Virus record (IMG/VR): IMGVR_UViG_3300027741_000029
Location: 52,400 to 116,399 of that record
Length of the DNA stretch: 64,000 bases
Strand: one strand, 5' to 3'
Origin: a virus
In this document: piece after piece, positions 1 to 9,026 of the stretch
How positions within the stretch are numbered: position 1 is the first letter of the stretch
How the letters are laid out: each line of letters begins with the position of its first letter
The notes under the pieces: generated by a model
The model's input: only the letters and a program-made list of their open reading frames with translations
Told to the model about the DNA's origin: nothing
Databases searched by the model: none
Translations under genes and position numbers: made by a program

Positions 1-2
1 CA

Positions 3-149
3 ATTGCAGAAGAAATGAACATCAAGCCAAATCTACTTAAGAAGGCAATCAAGATGGCACAGAAGCGTGACTTTGATAAGGCTCGTGAAGACCTTGACAT
101 CATTGAAAGCATTCTTAACAGCACAAACAACTTGGATAGCGAACAATAA
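3..149 (+). CDS. 3' end of a small dsDNA-binding protein (T4 DsbA/GapR-like), truncated by the window
   Basis: My translation: IAEEMNIKPNLLKKAIKMAQKRDFDKAREDLDIIESILNSTNNLDSEQ*. TAA 147-149 overlaps the polymerase ATG (TAATG). The AEEM-IKP--LKKAI pattern is recalled from phage DsbA-like proteins. Confidence 0.5.
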   Translation: MAEEMNIKPNLLKKAIKMAQKRDFDKAREDLDIIESILNSTNNLDSEQ

Positions 150-2809
150 TGGCATATGTAGATGCACTACTTGACCGACAGAAAGAAAAAGTATTCGTTG
201 TTGAGCGAGTAGATGGAAAACGCATCTACAGAGACTATCCTATAAATTATGTATTTTACTATGAAGACGGCAACGGGAGTTTCAAAAGTATCTATGATAC
301 TCCTGTTCGTCGTGTATCGTGTCGCAGTAGCAAGGATTTTCGCAAGGAACTTGCAATACACAGTGGTAAGAAACTATATGAGGCTGATCTTAATCAGACA
401 TTTCGTTGTTTGGCTGAGAATTACCTTGGCAAGGACTCGCCACAGTTACAAACAGCTTTCTTCGATATTGAGACGGACTTTGATAATGTCCGTGGCTATA
501 GCACTCCAGACGATCCATTTACTAAAATTACAGCAATCACGTTATATCTTGATTGGTTAGACCAACTTATTACGCTTACCATACCGCCAAAAACAATGAG
601 CATTGATGAGGCTAATCGTATTGCCGCACGATTTGATAATACTTTTATCTTTGATAGTGAACGTGAGTTACTACTAACATTTCTTGAACTTATTGATGAT
701 GCTGATGTGCTAAGTGGTTGGAACAGTGAAGGGTTTGATATTCCTTATACCGTCAACCGTGTTGCTCGTGTGCTGAGCAAGGACGACACTCGTCGCTTCT
801 GTCTTTGGGATCAGTTTCCTAAAGAACGTGAATACGAGAAGTATGGCAAGATGAGCAAGACATTTGATTTAGTTGGACGTGTCCATTTAGATTATATGTT
901 GTTGTATCAAAAGTACACCTATGAAGAACGCCATTCCTATAGCCTTGATGCTATTGGCGAATATGAACTAAATGAACGCAAGACCGCATATGAAGGTTCA
1001 CTTGATCAGTTGTATAACCGTGATTTTGAAACATTCATTGCATACTCTCGTCAAGACGTTGCACTTCTTAATAAACTAGATAAGAAATTGCGGTTTCTTG
1101 ACCTAGCAAACGAAATTGCGCACGATAATACTGTGTTGTTGCAGACTACAATGGGTGCTGTTGCAGTGACAGATCAGGCAATCATTAATGAAGCGCATCG
1201 TCGTGGTATGGTTGTTCCTAGCCGCCGCCCACGCAGTGAAGAGGTTAATACACAGGTTGCTGGTGCCTATGTTGCATATCCTAAAAAGGGTTTGCATGAT
1301 TATATTGGTGCTATCGATATTAACTCACTGTATCCAAGTGTCATTCGTGCACTCAACATGGGACCAGAAACTATTATTGGTCAATTACGTCCCATTATGA
1401 CTGATGCTTACCTTTCAGCCAAGATTGCCGAAGGCAAAAGCATTGCTGCTGCGTGGGAAGGTTTGTTTGCTTCGCTAGAATATACTGCTGTAATGAACCG
1501 TGATATTGGTACGGAGATTACACTAGATTGGGCAAATGGTAGCAGCGAAGTTCACAGTGCTGCTGAAATCCATGATATGATCTTTGACAACTATGCGCCA
1601 TGGGCGTTGAGTGCCAATGGAACTATCTTTAACCTAGAACATCAAGGTATTATCCCAAGTTTGCTTGAGCGTTGGTATAGTGAACGTAAAGAATTACAAG
1701 CCAAGAAGAAAGATGCCAAGGATGCAAAGGAGATTGCGTTCTGGGATAAGCGTCAGTTGGTTAAGAAAATTAACTTGAACTCGCTATATGGTGCTATTCT
1801 TAATGCAGGTTGTCGTTTCTTTGACCAACGTATTGGACAAAGCACCACGCTATGTGGTCGCACGATTGCAAAGCATATGGATGCCACTGTCAATGAACTG
1901 ATTACAGGCGAGTATGATCACGTTGGTAAGTCAATCATTTATGGTGACACTGATTCCGTATACTTCTCTGCTTGGCCAGTTATCAAGGACGATGTTGAAG
2001 CTGGTCGTATGGAATGGAACAAAGAAATTTGTATCCAACTCTATGATTCTATTGGTGAACGAGTAAACGAAACGTTTCCAAAGTTTATGTATGAAGCATT
2101 TCATACAACGCCAGAACTTGGTGCTATCATCAAGGGTGGTCGTGAATTGATTGCGTCAAAAGGATTGTTTATTACAAAGAAACGTTATGCGGTTCTTATT
2201 TTTGATCTTGAAGGCAAACGTCTTGACGTGGAAGGCAAAACGGGCAAGGTTAAGGCAATGGGGCTTGATCTTAAACGCAGCGATACCCCAAAGATTGTGC
2301 AAGATTTCTTAAGTGATATTCTAAAGAAAGTGCTAGATGGTTCGCAACGTGAACAGATTATTGAAGAAGTTCGTCAGTTCAAATACACCTTCAAAGAGTT
2401 GCCAAGTTGGGAAAAGGGAACACCAAAGCGTGTTAATAAACTTACCTATTATGGTGCACTAGAAAAGAAGCAAGGCAAGGCAAATATGCCAGGTCATGTT
2501 CGTGCGGCGATAAACTGGAACAATCTTCGCAAAATGCACAGTGATTCTCGTTCAATTGAGATCGTAGATGGCATGAAGACCATTGTATGCAAGCTGCGTG
2601 ATAATCCACTTGGATTAACTAGTATTGGTTATCCAACTGATGAGTCACGCATACCACAATGGTTTAAGGATATGCCGTTTGACCAAGACCTAATGGAAGA
2701 TACTATCGTTACACAGAAAGTAGAAAACTTACTTGATGTGTTGGATTGGGATATCACCAATACAACTAATATTACTAATACATTTACTAGTTTGTTCGAG
2801 ATAGAATAA
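149..2809 (+). CDS. family B DNA polymerase (T4 gp43-like)
   Basis: ExoI FDIETD, ExoII GWNSEGFDIPY, motif A DINSLYPS, motif B KINLNSLYG, motif C YGDTDS, KKRYA. 886 aa with no intein-sized insert. Confidence 0.97.
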   Translation: MAYVDALLDRQKEKVFVVERVDGKRIYRDYPINYVFYYEDGNGSFKSIYDTPVRRVSCRSSKDFRKELAIHSGKKLYEADLNQTFRCLAENYLGKDSPQLQTAFFDIETDFDNVRGYSTPDDPFTKITAITLYLDWLDQLITLTIPPKTMSIDEANRIAARFDNTFIFDSERELLLTFLELIDDADVLSGWNSEGFDIPYTVNRVARVLSKDDTRRFCLWDQFPKEREYEKYGKMSKTFDLVGRVHLDYMLLYQKYTYEERHSYSLDAIGEYELNERKTAYEGSLDQLYNRDFETFIAYSRQDVALLNKLDKKLRFLDLANEIAHDNTVLLQTTMGAVAVTDQAIINEAHRRGMVVPSRRPRSEEVNTQVAGAYVAYPKKGLHDYIGAIDINSLYPSVIRALNMGPETIIGQLRPIMTDAYLSAKIAEGKSIAAAWEGLFASLEYTAVMNRDIGTEITLDWANGSSEVHSAAEIHDMIFDNYAPWALSANGTIFNLEHQGIIPSLLERWYSERKELQAKKKDAKDAKEIAFWDKRQLVKKINLNSLYGAILNAGCRFFDQRIGQSTTLCGRTIAKHMDATVNELITGEYDHVGKSIIYGDTDSVYFSAWPVIKDDVEAGRMEWNKEICIQLYDSIGERVNETFPKFMYEAFHTTPELGAIIKGGRELIASKGLFITKKRYAVLIFDLEGKRLDVEGKTGKVKAMGLDLKRSDTPKIVQDFLSDILKKVLDGSQREQIIEEVRQFKYTFKELPSWEKGTPKRVNKLTYYGALEKKQGKANMPGHVRAAINWNNLRKMHSDSRSIEIVDGMKTIVCKLRDNPLGLTSIGYPTDESRIPQWFKDMPFDQDLMEDTIVTQKVENLLDVLDWDITNTTNITNTFTSLFEIE

Positions 2810-3645
2810 TGGAACTATTAGAAAGCCAACAACATATCAATAACTTAAAAGCGGCACGAAACAGCTATCGTGCCAATGCTTCTTATTATAATGAAGTAGC
2901 AAATATGTTTACTGCTCTAATAGAAAAACTTGAGAATAATATAAAAATTGACAAGACTCAGTTAAAATCCAATACACAAAATTTAAGTTTCAAATTAAAA
3001 AGTCAAGATTTAGAAAATAGAAAGAATTTTATAAACCTTAACCCATTTAATGAACATGACATACAAAATTTGTCTAGCTTGTTATCAAATCAACTGGCAA
3101 ATAATTCACCAACACTAGAGTTATTTCCTGGTAGCGGTCAATTTTTGCCGCATGTAGTAGCTGCAGAACCGCTGTATGTTGCGGATAGATATATGGATAT
3201 ATGCGTCAATGCTGCAACTTCGCTAAACAATGAATTTTATGCAACTCGTAGACTTAGAAAATATGAAATATCCGATAATGATATGACTAGTTTACCCCAA
3301 AATGCATTTGGATTAGTTTATTGTTTTAATGAATTTTTTTACGCAGACGAAAACTATATCACTGATATTTCTAAACAAGTATTTGATCTGTTATATGATG
3401 GTGGTAAATGGATTTTTAATTTTCTACCAGATGACCAAATTTGGGCGCAGCAAGCAACCATGAAAAATGATTTAAGTTCAATAGATTATGATTTTGTAAT
3501 TCAGAATTTAATATTAATCGGGTTTGAACTTGTTTCATATGAGATTAAACCACTTAAAAGCAGTTACATGGTATTCAAGAAACCAGGCGATGTTGCATCA
3601 CGATTAAAAATAGGCGGTGGTGTTGCAGAAATAATTGACATCTGA
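2809..3645 (+). CDS. class I SAM-dependent methyltransferase-like protein
   Basis: Motif-I-like LELFPGSGQ, acidic residue after the next strand (YVADRY), and LPQNAFGLVYCFNEF and LLYDGGKWIFNF segments typical of the Rossmann methyltransferase fold. Helical N-terminus. Confidence 0.55.
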   Translation: MELLESQQHINNLKAARNSYRANASYYNEVANMFTALIEKLENNIKIDKTQLKSNTQNLSFKLKSQDLENRKNFINLNPFNEHDIQNLSSLLSNQLANNSPTLELFPGSGQFLPHVVAAEPLYVADRYMDICVNAATSLNNEFYATRRLRKYEISDNDMTSLPQNAFGLVYCFNEFFYADENYITDISKQVFDLLYDGGKWIFNFLPDDQIWAQQATMKNDLSSIDYDFVIQNLILIGFELVSYEIKPLKSSYMVFKKPGDVASRLKIGGGVAEIIDI

Positions 3646-3663
3646 TTCAACATACAGTATAAT
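3635..3663 (+). promoter_or_regulatory. consensus sigma70 promoter TTGACA-N17-TATAAT
   Basis: TTGACA 3635-3640, 17-nt spacer, TATAAT 3658-3663; AAGGA RBS, then ATG at 3687. Confidence 0.85.
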
Positions 3664-3686
3664 CAAAGAAAAGGTAAGGACAAAAT

Positions 3687-4415
3687 ATGAAAGATTTTCT
3701 CACAGATATCGTTGCGCACACACAGGCACTTGGAGTCATTGATACTATCAAGGTTACTGGTACAGATCAATCTACCGTAATTGAAAGCGTGAGCGAAGAT
3801 CGTAGTGTTATTCTTAATGCTACATTTAATACAGCAAATGCCGCATTTACTGGCGTATTTGGTATGCCTAATTTGAGCAAACTTAATACTATTCTTAACA
3901 TTCCTGAATATAAAGAAAATGAAAGAATTGGTGTGGTAACACAGCCCCGCAATGGCGAAAGCGTTCCTGTTGGATTGCACTTTGAAAATGCAAGCGGCGA
4001 TTTCAAGAACGACTATCGTTTTATGACAACCGAAACTGTCAACGAGAAGTTAAAGACTGTTAAGTTCAAGGGTGCCAATTGGAATATTACCATGCAGCCA
4101 AGCGTTACTAACATTCAACGTCTTAAGTTTCAGAGCCAGGCTAACAGTGAAGAAAAGATGTTTACTGTCAAGACCGAAGGTACCGACCTAAAGTTCTACT
4201 TTGGTGACCATTCAACTCATGCTGGTAACTTTGTATTCCAAAGTGGTGTTAGCGGCAAACTTACTAAGAATTGGTCGTGGCCAGTGGGTCTATTCTTATC
4301 AATTCTTAACCTTCATGGCGATAAGAGCATTCAGTTCAGTGATGATGGCGTAGCCAAGATTACGGTTGATAGCGGTCTTATCAAGTATGAGTATCTTCTA
4401 CCTGCAAAGGCATAA
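3687..4415 (+). CDS. DNA polymerase sliding clamp (T4 gp45-like)
   Basis: 242 aa, two-domain beta-rich pattern ending ITVDSGLIKYEYLLPA, located near the polymerase. Resembles gp45-like clamps of large myoviruses (recalled). Confidence 0.7.
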   Translation: MKDFLTDIVAHTQALGVIDTIKVTGTDQSTVIESVSEDRSVILNATFNTANAAFTGVFGMPNLSKLNTILNIPEYKENERIGVVTQPRNGESVPVGLHFENASGDFKNDYRFMTTETVNEKLKTVKFKGANWNITMQPSVTNIQRLKFQSQANSEEKMFTVKTEGTDLKFYFGDHSTHAGNFVFQSGVSGKLTKNWSWPVGLFLSILNLHGDKSIQFSDDGVAKITVDSGLIKYEYLLPAKA

Positions 4416-4417
4416 AA

Positions 4418-4741
4418 ATGAGCAATATTGAAGATATAACAGTTAAGCACGATGACTTTAAGGTATTTCTTTCTTGCGAATGTAGCAGTCCTGAACATAC
4501 CATTGTTGTCCAAGTTTTTGATTGGGGCGATAATTTGCCGTATAAACCAGATTTTATTGTCAACGTTCAGGCTTCAAATTACCGACCATTCTACAGGCGA
4601 GTTTGGGCAGCACTAAAGTATATTTTTGGCGCAGATTTGATATGGAATGATGTAATTGTAGATAGAAAAGATATTCCTAAACTACAAGCAGCAATTGATC
4701 ATTATAATAATTTACTTGACAAAGAAGTGAAAAACATCTAA
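4418..4741 (+). CDS. hypothetical protein (CECSSPEH metal-binding-like motif)
   Basis: Contiguous with the clamp gene; CxC---H motif. Confidence 0.6.
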   Translation: MSNIEDITVKHDDFKVFLSCECSSPEHTIVVQVFDWGDNLPYKPDFIVNVQASNYRPFYRRVWAALKYIFGADLIWNDVIVDRKDIPKLQAAIDHYNNLLDKEVKNI

Positions 4742-4747
4742 TATAAT
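4716..4747 (+). promoter_or_regulatory. probable sigma70-type promoter
   Basis: TTGACA 4716-4721, then TAATAT at N17 (4739-4744) or TATAAT at 4742-4747, upstream of ORF 4805. Confidence 0.5.
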
Positions 4748-4804
4748 AACTATGGCACTGGCAGTTCCATAATAATTTTAACCTCTAAGAAAAAGAGAAA
4801 AACA

Positions 4805-5026
4805 ATGATTCGTAATTCAAACGTAAACCGTGTGTTCAATGACTTGGACGCATTTCGTAATTTCTGCCGTGAATATGGTTTTGTCTTTAACGAGGCAAAC
4901 CTTTATCGTCGCAACAGCGAAGCCTATTATGCCTTTGAGCGTAAGCGCAAGGGAGAATACTTTAAAGATTTTAAGTGGGATGCTGATATTGGTCTTACCG
5001 AACAGCTTCATGGAACTGCTCACTAA
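4805..5026 (+). CDS. hypothetical protein
   Basis: AAGAG purine tract upstream; 73-aa ORF on the operon strand. Confidence 0.65.
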   Translation: MIRNSNVNRVFNDLDAFRNFCREYGFVFNEANLYRRNSEAYYAFERKRKGEYFKDFKWDADIGLTEQLHGTAH

Positions 5027-5043
5027 TTAATCGGATTCTGCCA

Positions 5044-5322
5044 GTGCCAAACCTAGATGTTGCAGTTTATAATAAAGATGAATCTAAAATAGCAAAGTTT
5101 CCACTTGCATCGTTAAAAGGTTCACCAAGATATAATTTGTGGAATAAACGTAATGCAGCAATGCGTCAATTAAAAGATATTTTTAATCACCATGGGCTGC
5201 GCAATGGACAAGATTATGTTTTTCTTCAACTTGACAATGGACAAGAATTGCCTGTTATGTTTGCAGATGAACACCATGTAAGTTTTTTTATGTTGGCTTA
5301 TGAATGTCAAAAAAACCCTTAA
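5044..5322 (+). CDS. hypothetical protein
   Basis: Tightly packed + strand ORF, GTG start. Confidence 0.55.
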   Translation: MPNLDVAVYNKDESKIAKFPLASLKGSPRYNLWNKRNAAMRQLKDIFNHHGLRNGQDYVFLQLDNGQELPVMFADEHHVSFFMLAYECQKNP

Positions 5323-5612
5323 TACTTGAATTTCCAAGTGCAGCACTTACCAAAAGACCTGTTTCAAACAGTTATGCAATTGGTCCCGGTGATTATGTAG
5401 AAGGCGGCGCACTCAACGCCAACTATCAGGATGTAGAGGCTGCTTGCATTATCTGCAATGCCATGGGCGAAGCAGGTTATAGATATAATGTAGATTTTAC
5501 ATTTTTAACTTGCGGTTTAGATAAGGTTCATATACAATTTCATAATGATGAAGCAGCCGCATTTGCTGCTATGCGATTACCAATGAAGAGAGAAACTTAT
5601 AATGATTTATAA
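5304..5612 (+). CDS. hypothetical protein
   Basis: Overlaps both neighbours, paralogue-like to 5044-5322 (shared pattern such as G.RY..DF.F...d....i.F.de..a.F). Confidence 0.55.
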   Translation: MSKKPLILEFPSAALTKRPVSNSYAIGPGDYVEGGALNANYQDVEAACIICNAMGEAGYRYNVDFTFLTCGLDKVHIQFHNDEAAAFAAMRLPMKRETYNDL

Positions 5613-5952
5613 TGAAGAAAGAATTTGGGGACATTTTACAGTGTTGCATGACGCTGGTAATGTCAAAGTAAAAGAACTTGTAGTAAAGCCAAGCCATTGC
5701 TTGAGTTACCAAAAACATAGTAAGCGCAGTGAATTTTGGGTTGTGCAAAGCGGTGTTGCCAGAGTTGTTACAAATCATAGCGATACAATGTACAATGACC
5801 GAACCGAAGTTTTACAGGCAGGTGAAACTATTACAATTTCAGTTGGTAACTGGCACCAAGTTATTAATATTGGCAATGAACCACTTGTTATTATTGAAAC
5901 GCAATATGGTGAGGCATGTGATGAAGATGATATTGAAAGGCAGTTTCAATGA
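5602..5952 (+). CDS. cupin, mannose-6-phosphate isomerase type II C-terminal-like
   Basis: EERIWGHFTVL, VKVKELVVKP, LSYQKHSKRSEFWVV, WHQVINIGNEPLVIIETQYGEACDEDDIER match the ManC/PMI cupin pattern. Confidence 0.85.
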   Translation: MIYNEERIWGHFTVLHDAGNVKVKELVVKPSHCLSYQKHSKRSEFWVVQSGVARVVTNHSDTMYNDRTEVLQAGETITISVGNWHQVINIGNEPLVIIETQYGEACDEDDIERQFQ

Positions 5953-6251
5953 AATGGTTTGATCGGTGGTTTCAACGGCAAACAAAGCGGTCTTGGGAAG
6001 CAGAACAAAAAGCACAGCACAACTTGATATATATTGATTCTAATCCAAGATCAATAAGTTCAAACAAAATTGGTGCCGATGGTATCAATATGAAACTACA
6101 TGTTGCCAATGGTGGTTACATTGTAGAATTTCACCGTTATGATAATATCAAAGATCGTGGTCTTAATGAACTGCATGTTATCAATGATAGTGAAGAATTA
6201 GGCGAGCGGTTAAGTGAAATCATAGTTCAGTACGTACTAAGTAATCATTGA
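5949..6251 (+). CDS. hypothetical protein
   Basis: ATGA overlap with the cupin gene. Confidence 0.65.
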   Translation: MKWFDRWFQRQTKRSWEAEQKAQHNLIYIDSNPRSISSNKIGADGINMKLHVANGGYIVEFHRYDNIKDRGLNELHVINDSEELGERLSEIIVQYVLSNH

Positions 6252-6490
6252 TGACCGAAGAAGAATTTTTAGAGATTGATATTACAGAAGAAGAAGTTGA
6301 GTATCTAATACTAAAGTACATTAGAGACCAAACTGCGTTAGGGCGAGACAAGATTCCTATTGCTGAAATCTATGAATATCTGGAGTCTGAACCGCCGGAA
6401 ATGGAAGATTTGGAAGAAACTTATGCGGTGCTGACCTCTAGTGCCGAACGGGTTATTGCCCAATTTGAGGCAAAAAATAGATTAAATTAG
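6251..6490 (+). CDS. small acidic hypothetical protein
   Basis: TGATG overlap; Glu-rich, 79 aa. Confidence 0.6.
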   Translation: MTEEEFLEIDITEEEVEYLILKYIRDQTALGRDKIPIAEIYEYLESEPPEMEDLEETYAVLTSSAERVIAQFEAKNRLN

Positions 6491-6493
6491 CCC

Positions 6494-6521
6494 TTGACAA
6501 ACCCGATAAATATGTTATATT
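6494..6521 (+). promoter_or_regulatory. early promoter, TTGACA-N16-TATATT with TGn extended -10
   Basis: TTGACA 6494-6499, TGT 6513-6515, TATATT 6516-6521, then ttatagtcaattGGAGA as in the 11-12.7 kb cassettes. Confidence 0.8.
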
Positions 6522-6548
6522 GGTTATAGTCAATTGGAGAGAACCACC

Positions 6549-6869
6549 ATGCGTAAAACCCTAGCAATCTTACTCGCAGCCGCAACATTATTTACCGCAA
6601 CGGCAGTAAATGCTGACTGGAACGGGCATCGTCATTATGGCGGTGGTGGTGGCAATGGTGGCAATTGGGTTGCTCCTCTGGTTGGTGGGTTGATTGTTGG
6701 TGGTATTCTAGGCGGTATGGCGCAACAGAACCAACAACAGTATTATGGTCAACCACAATATTATCCACAACCACAATACTATCAGCCGCAGACGTTTTGT
6801 CGCTTGGTTCCTGTGTATGATGCATGGGGCAATTATGTAGGTCGTCAACGTCAGTGCTGGCAACAATAA
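6549..6869 (+). CDS. exported Gly-zipper / Tyr-Gln-Pro-rich protein with signal peptide
   Basis: MRKTLAILLAAATLFTATAVNA signal peptide (AVNA cleavage-like), glycine zipper APLVGGLIVGGILGG, QPQYY repeats, C-terminal Cys pair CRLVPVYDAWG...RQC. Confidence 0.75.
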   Translation: MRKTLAILLAAATLFTATAVNADWNGHRHYGGGGGNGGNWVAPLVGGLIVGGILGGMAQQNQQQYYGQPQYYPQPQYYQPQTFCRLVPVYDAWGNYVGRQRQCWQQ

Positions 6870-6877
6870 GGTGATAT

Positions 6878-7321
6878 ATGGGATTTCTCGACAAACTACT
6901 TGGTAAATCAACAAACAATGACGCTAACGCTTCTGCTGTTGTTACAGAAAGCGCACCACTAGCCTCTACTAAAACTAGCACAAAACCTAAGAAACCTCGT
7001 AAACCACGTGTGAAGAAGGTTGTTGAGGAAACAACTGCTTCACAAATTGAACCGCAAGTCAAGGTTATAAAGTTTGACTTTGATCCTGCTAATCCACAAA
7101 TTGGTTCTATGGAACTTGATTGGAATGCAGAGTTTATTGAGATGCTACGTCAAAACGGCTATCGTGGTGTAAATCCAGAGGCACTCGTTGATGCGTGGCT
7201 AAATGATGTTGCTCGCAATATCATTAATAGTTCACAGCCAAGTACACAACAAAATCCTGACGGCACAAGCCGTTATGTCAATCGCCGTGATTTAGGTGAT
7301 GGACTCAGTGAATTCAGTTAA
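6878..7321 (+). CDS. hypothetical protein with Lys/Pro-rich linker
   Basis: GGTGA RBS; KTSTKPKKPRKPRVKK segment followed by a globular C-terminus. Confidence 0.7.
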   Translation: MGFLDKLLGKSTNNDANASAVVTESAPLASTKTSTKPKKPRKPRVKKVVEETTASQIEPQVKVIKFDFDPANPQIGSMELDWNAEFIEMLRQNGYRGVNPEALVDAWLNDVARNIINSSQPSTQQNPDGTSRYVNRRDLGDGLSEFS

Positions 7322-7324
7322 TAC

Positions 7325-7353
7325 TTGACAAACCCCTAACTAGGTATTATATT
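7325..7353 (+). promoter_or_regulatory. sigma70-type promoter TTGACA-N17-TATATT, ATG 6 nt downstream (leaderless candidate)
   Basis: TTGACA 7325-7330, TATATT 7348-7353, ATG 7360; no SD sequence in between. Confidence 0.7.
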
Positions 7354-7359
7354 AGTATT

Positions 7360-8361
7360 ATGAAATATCTTCTCGTAGATACAGCAAACCTGTTCGCTCG
7401 TGCACGTCACTCTACTGCACGTAGCGCAGATACTTGGCAAAAGATTGGATTGGCATTGCATATTATGTTCAATGTCATACAGAAAATGCATCGTCTGCAT
7501 AAGCCAGACCACGTTATCTTTGCTCTTGAGGCACGTAGCTGGCGCAAAGATCATAACACAACTTATAAGGCAAATCGTGCTGTTGTTAAGTCTAAGATGA
7601 CAGTTCGTGAAGCAGAAGAAGATAAAGAGTTTTGGGAAGTTTATAGTGAATTTACCAAATGGATTGATGAACGCACAAACTGCAGCGTAATTCGTGTTGA
7701 ACGTGCAGAAGCAGATGATATCATCGCTCGTTGGACTGCGCTTCATCCTAATGATGAACACATCATCCTATCCAACGATACTGATTTTTATCAGTTGCTT
7801 AGCGATAAGGTTACCATTTATAATGGTATGACCAATCAATATATCACTCTACAAGGTTTCTTTGAAGATAACGGCAAGACTGTTATGGATAAACTTACTA
7901 AAGCACCAAAGACTGTCGGTGATCCTAAGTTTATCCTCTTTGAGAAATGTATGCGTGGTGACCCCACAGATAATATTATGACTGCAAATCCTGGCGTTCG
8001 TACTAAGGGCAGTACCAAAAAGGTAGGTCTGGTAGAGGCTTATGCTGACCGTGATCGCAAAGGCTATGCATGGAATAATATGATGCTGCAACGTTGGGTT
8101 GATCATAATGGTGCGGAACACCGTGTGCTTGACCGATATGAAGAAAACCGTGTGCTTGTTGATCTCACTGCACAGCCCGAAGAAATTCGTGATGCTATTG
8201 ACGCTGCACTAATTGGAATTAATCCTAAAGAAAACCGTCAGATTGGTACACAATTGATTAAGTTCTGCTCCAAGTATGAACTTATTAAACTTAGTGAGAA
8301 TGTTCAACCTATTGCTGAAATACTCAGCAAACCACTTGTAAAGGAATATCAATATGCGTAA
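7360..8361 (+). CDS. rnh: RNase H / 5'-3' exonuclease (T4 Rnh, FEN1-like)
   Basis: Acidic motifs LLVDTANL, EADDIIA, SNDTDFYQL and RGDPTDNI are those of the PIN/FEN 5'-nuclease family. Confidence 0.88.
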   Translation: MKYLLVDTANLFARARHSTARSADTWQKIGLALHIMFNVIQKMHRLHKPDHVIFALEARSWRKDHNTTYKANRAVVKSKMTVREAEEDKEFWEVYSEFTKWIDERTNCSVIRVERAEADDIIARWTALHPNDEHIILSNDTDFYQLLSDKVTIYNGMTNQYITLQGFFEDNGKTVMDKLTKAPKTVGDPKFILFEKCMRGDPTDNIMTANPGVRTKGSTKKVGLVEAYADRDRKGYAWNNMMLQRWVDHNGAEHRVLDRYEENRVLVDLTAQPEEIRDAIDAALIGINPKENRQIGTQLIKFCSKYELIKLSENVQPIAEILSKPLVKEYQYA

Positions 8362-8563
8362 TTTTTTTGTAAAGTATTTTCCATGGGTAATTATCATTTT
8401 CTTTGGATATGAGATTTTTCACTATTGGAACCTTGACCAAGACCGTGTTCTAATGGATATCGTTGCTGCTATTGGTTGGGCTTCATTTATTGAAGTTCGT
8501 AGTGAATATAATTCATTTTTTGACATGATTGAAGGAAAGATTAAAGATGACACTCAAGGCTAA
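8354..8563 (+). CDS. small membrane protein
   Basis: Two hydrophobic stretches (FPWVIIIFFGYEIF; VLMDIVAAIGWASFI). Confidence 0.6.
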   Translation: MRNFFVKYFPWVIIIFFGYEIFHYWNLDQDRVLMDIVAAIGWASFIEVRSEYNSFFDMIEGKIKDDTQG

Positions 8564-9026
8564 AAACATTGTAGAAAATCGTTTCTGGATTATTGAAAAC
8601 GACAAAGGCGAACGCATTGGAAACATTGCGCAAACCAATAGCGGCGTTCGTTGCACAGTTAGTGATGTAGTAGAAGTATTTCCAAGTATGGCAGAAATGT
8701 CAGAAAAGAAAAATATCTCTATTGTTCGCAGAACTCGTGAACTTAAAACAAAAACAATTGATGGTGAAGTATATGGTTTTCCCACCAATCATACACCGCA
8801 CAATACGCTATGGAATGTAAAACTTAAACTTCCACTATACACTAAAAATGATAAGAGTAGTTCATTCTACTGTGCTGGTTATTATATTGTTAAGTATAAT
8901 AAATCATTCGTAGCAGAATATGCACCTAAACTTATTACGCTACAACGATATGAATATGAAGGTCCATTTAAGACCAAGTTGGAACAGCAAGAACGTTTAA
9001 GGATCATGAATAGTGAGACCGCCTAG
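8547..9026 (+). CDS. hypothetical protein
   Basis: Start moved to ATG 8547 (MTLKAK), which follows a GAAGGA RBS. Confidence 0.7.
   Translation: MTLKAKNIVENRFWIIENDKGERIGNIAQTNSGVRCTVSDVVEVFPSMAEMSEKKNISIVRRTRELKTKTIDGEVYGFPTNHTPHNTLWNVKLKLPLYTKNDKSSSFYCAGYYIVKYNKSFVAEYAPKLITLQRYEYEGPFKTKLEQQERLRIMNSETA

Noticed and set aside
149-2809. Intein or intron in the DNA polymerase
   Set aside because: Normal length (886 aa), motifs A/B/C contiguous, no C...HN splice junctions.
4751-4771. Hairpin TATGG-CACTG-G-CAGTT-CCATA as terminator or riboswitch
   Set aside because: Short, imperfect AT-rich stem without a U-tract; insufficient support.
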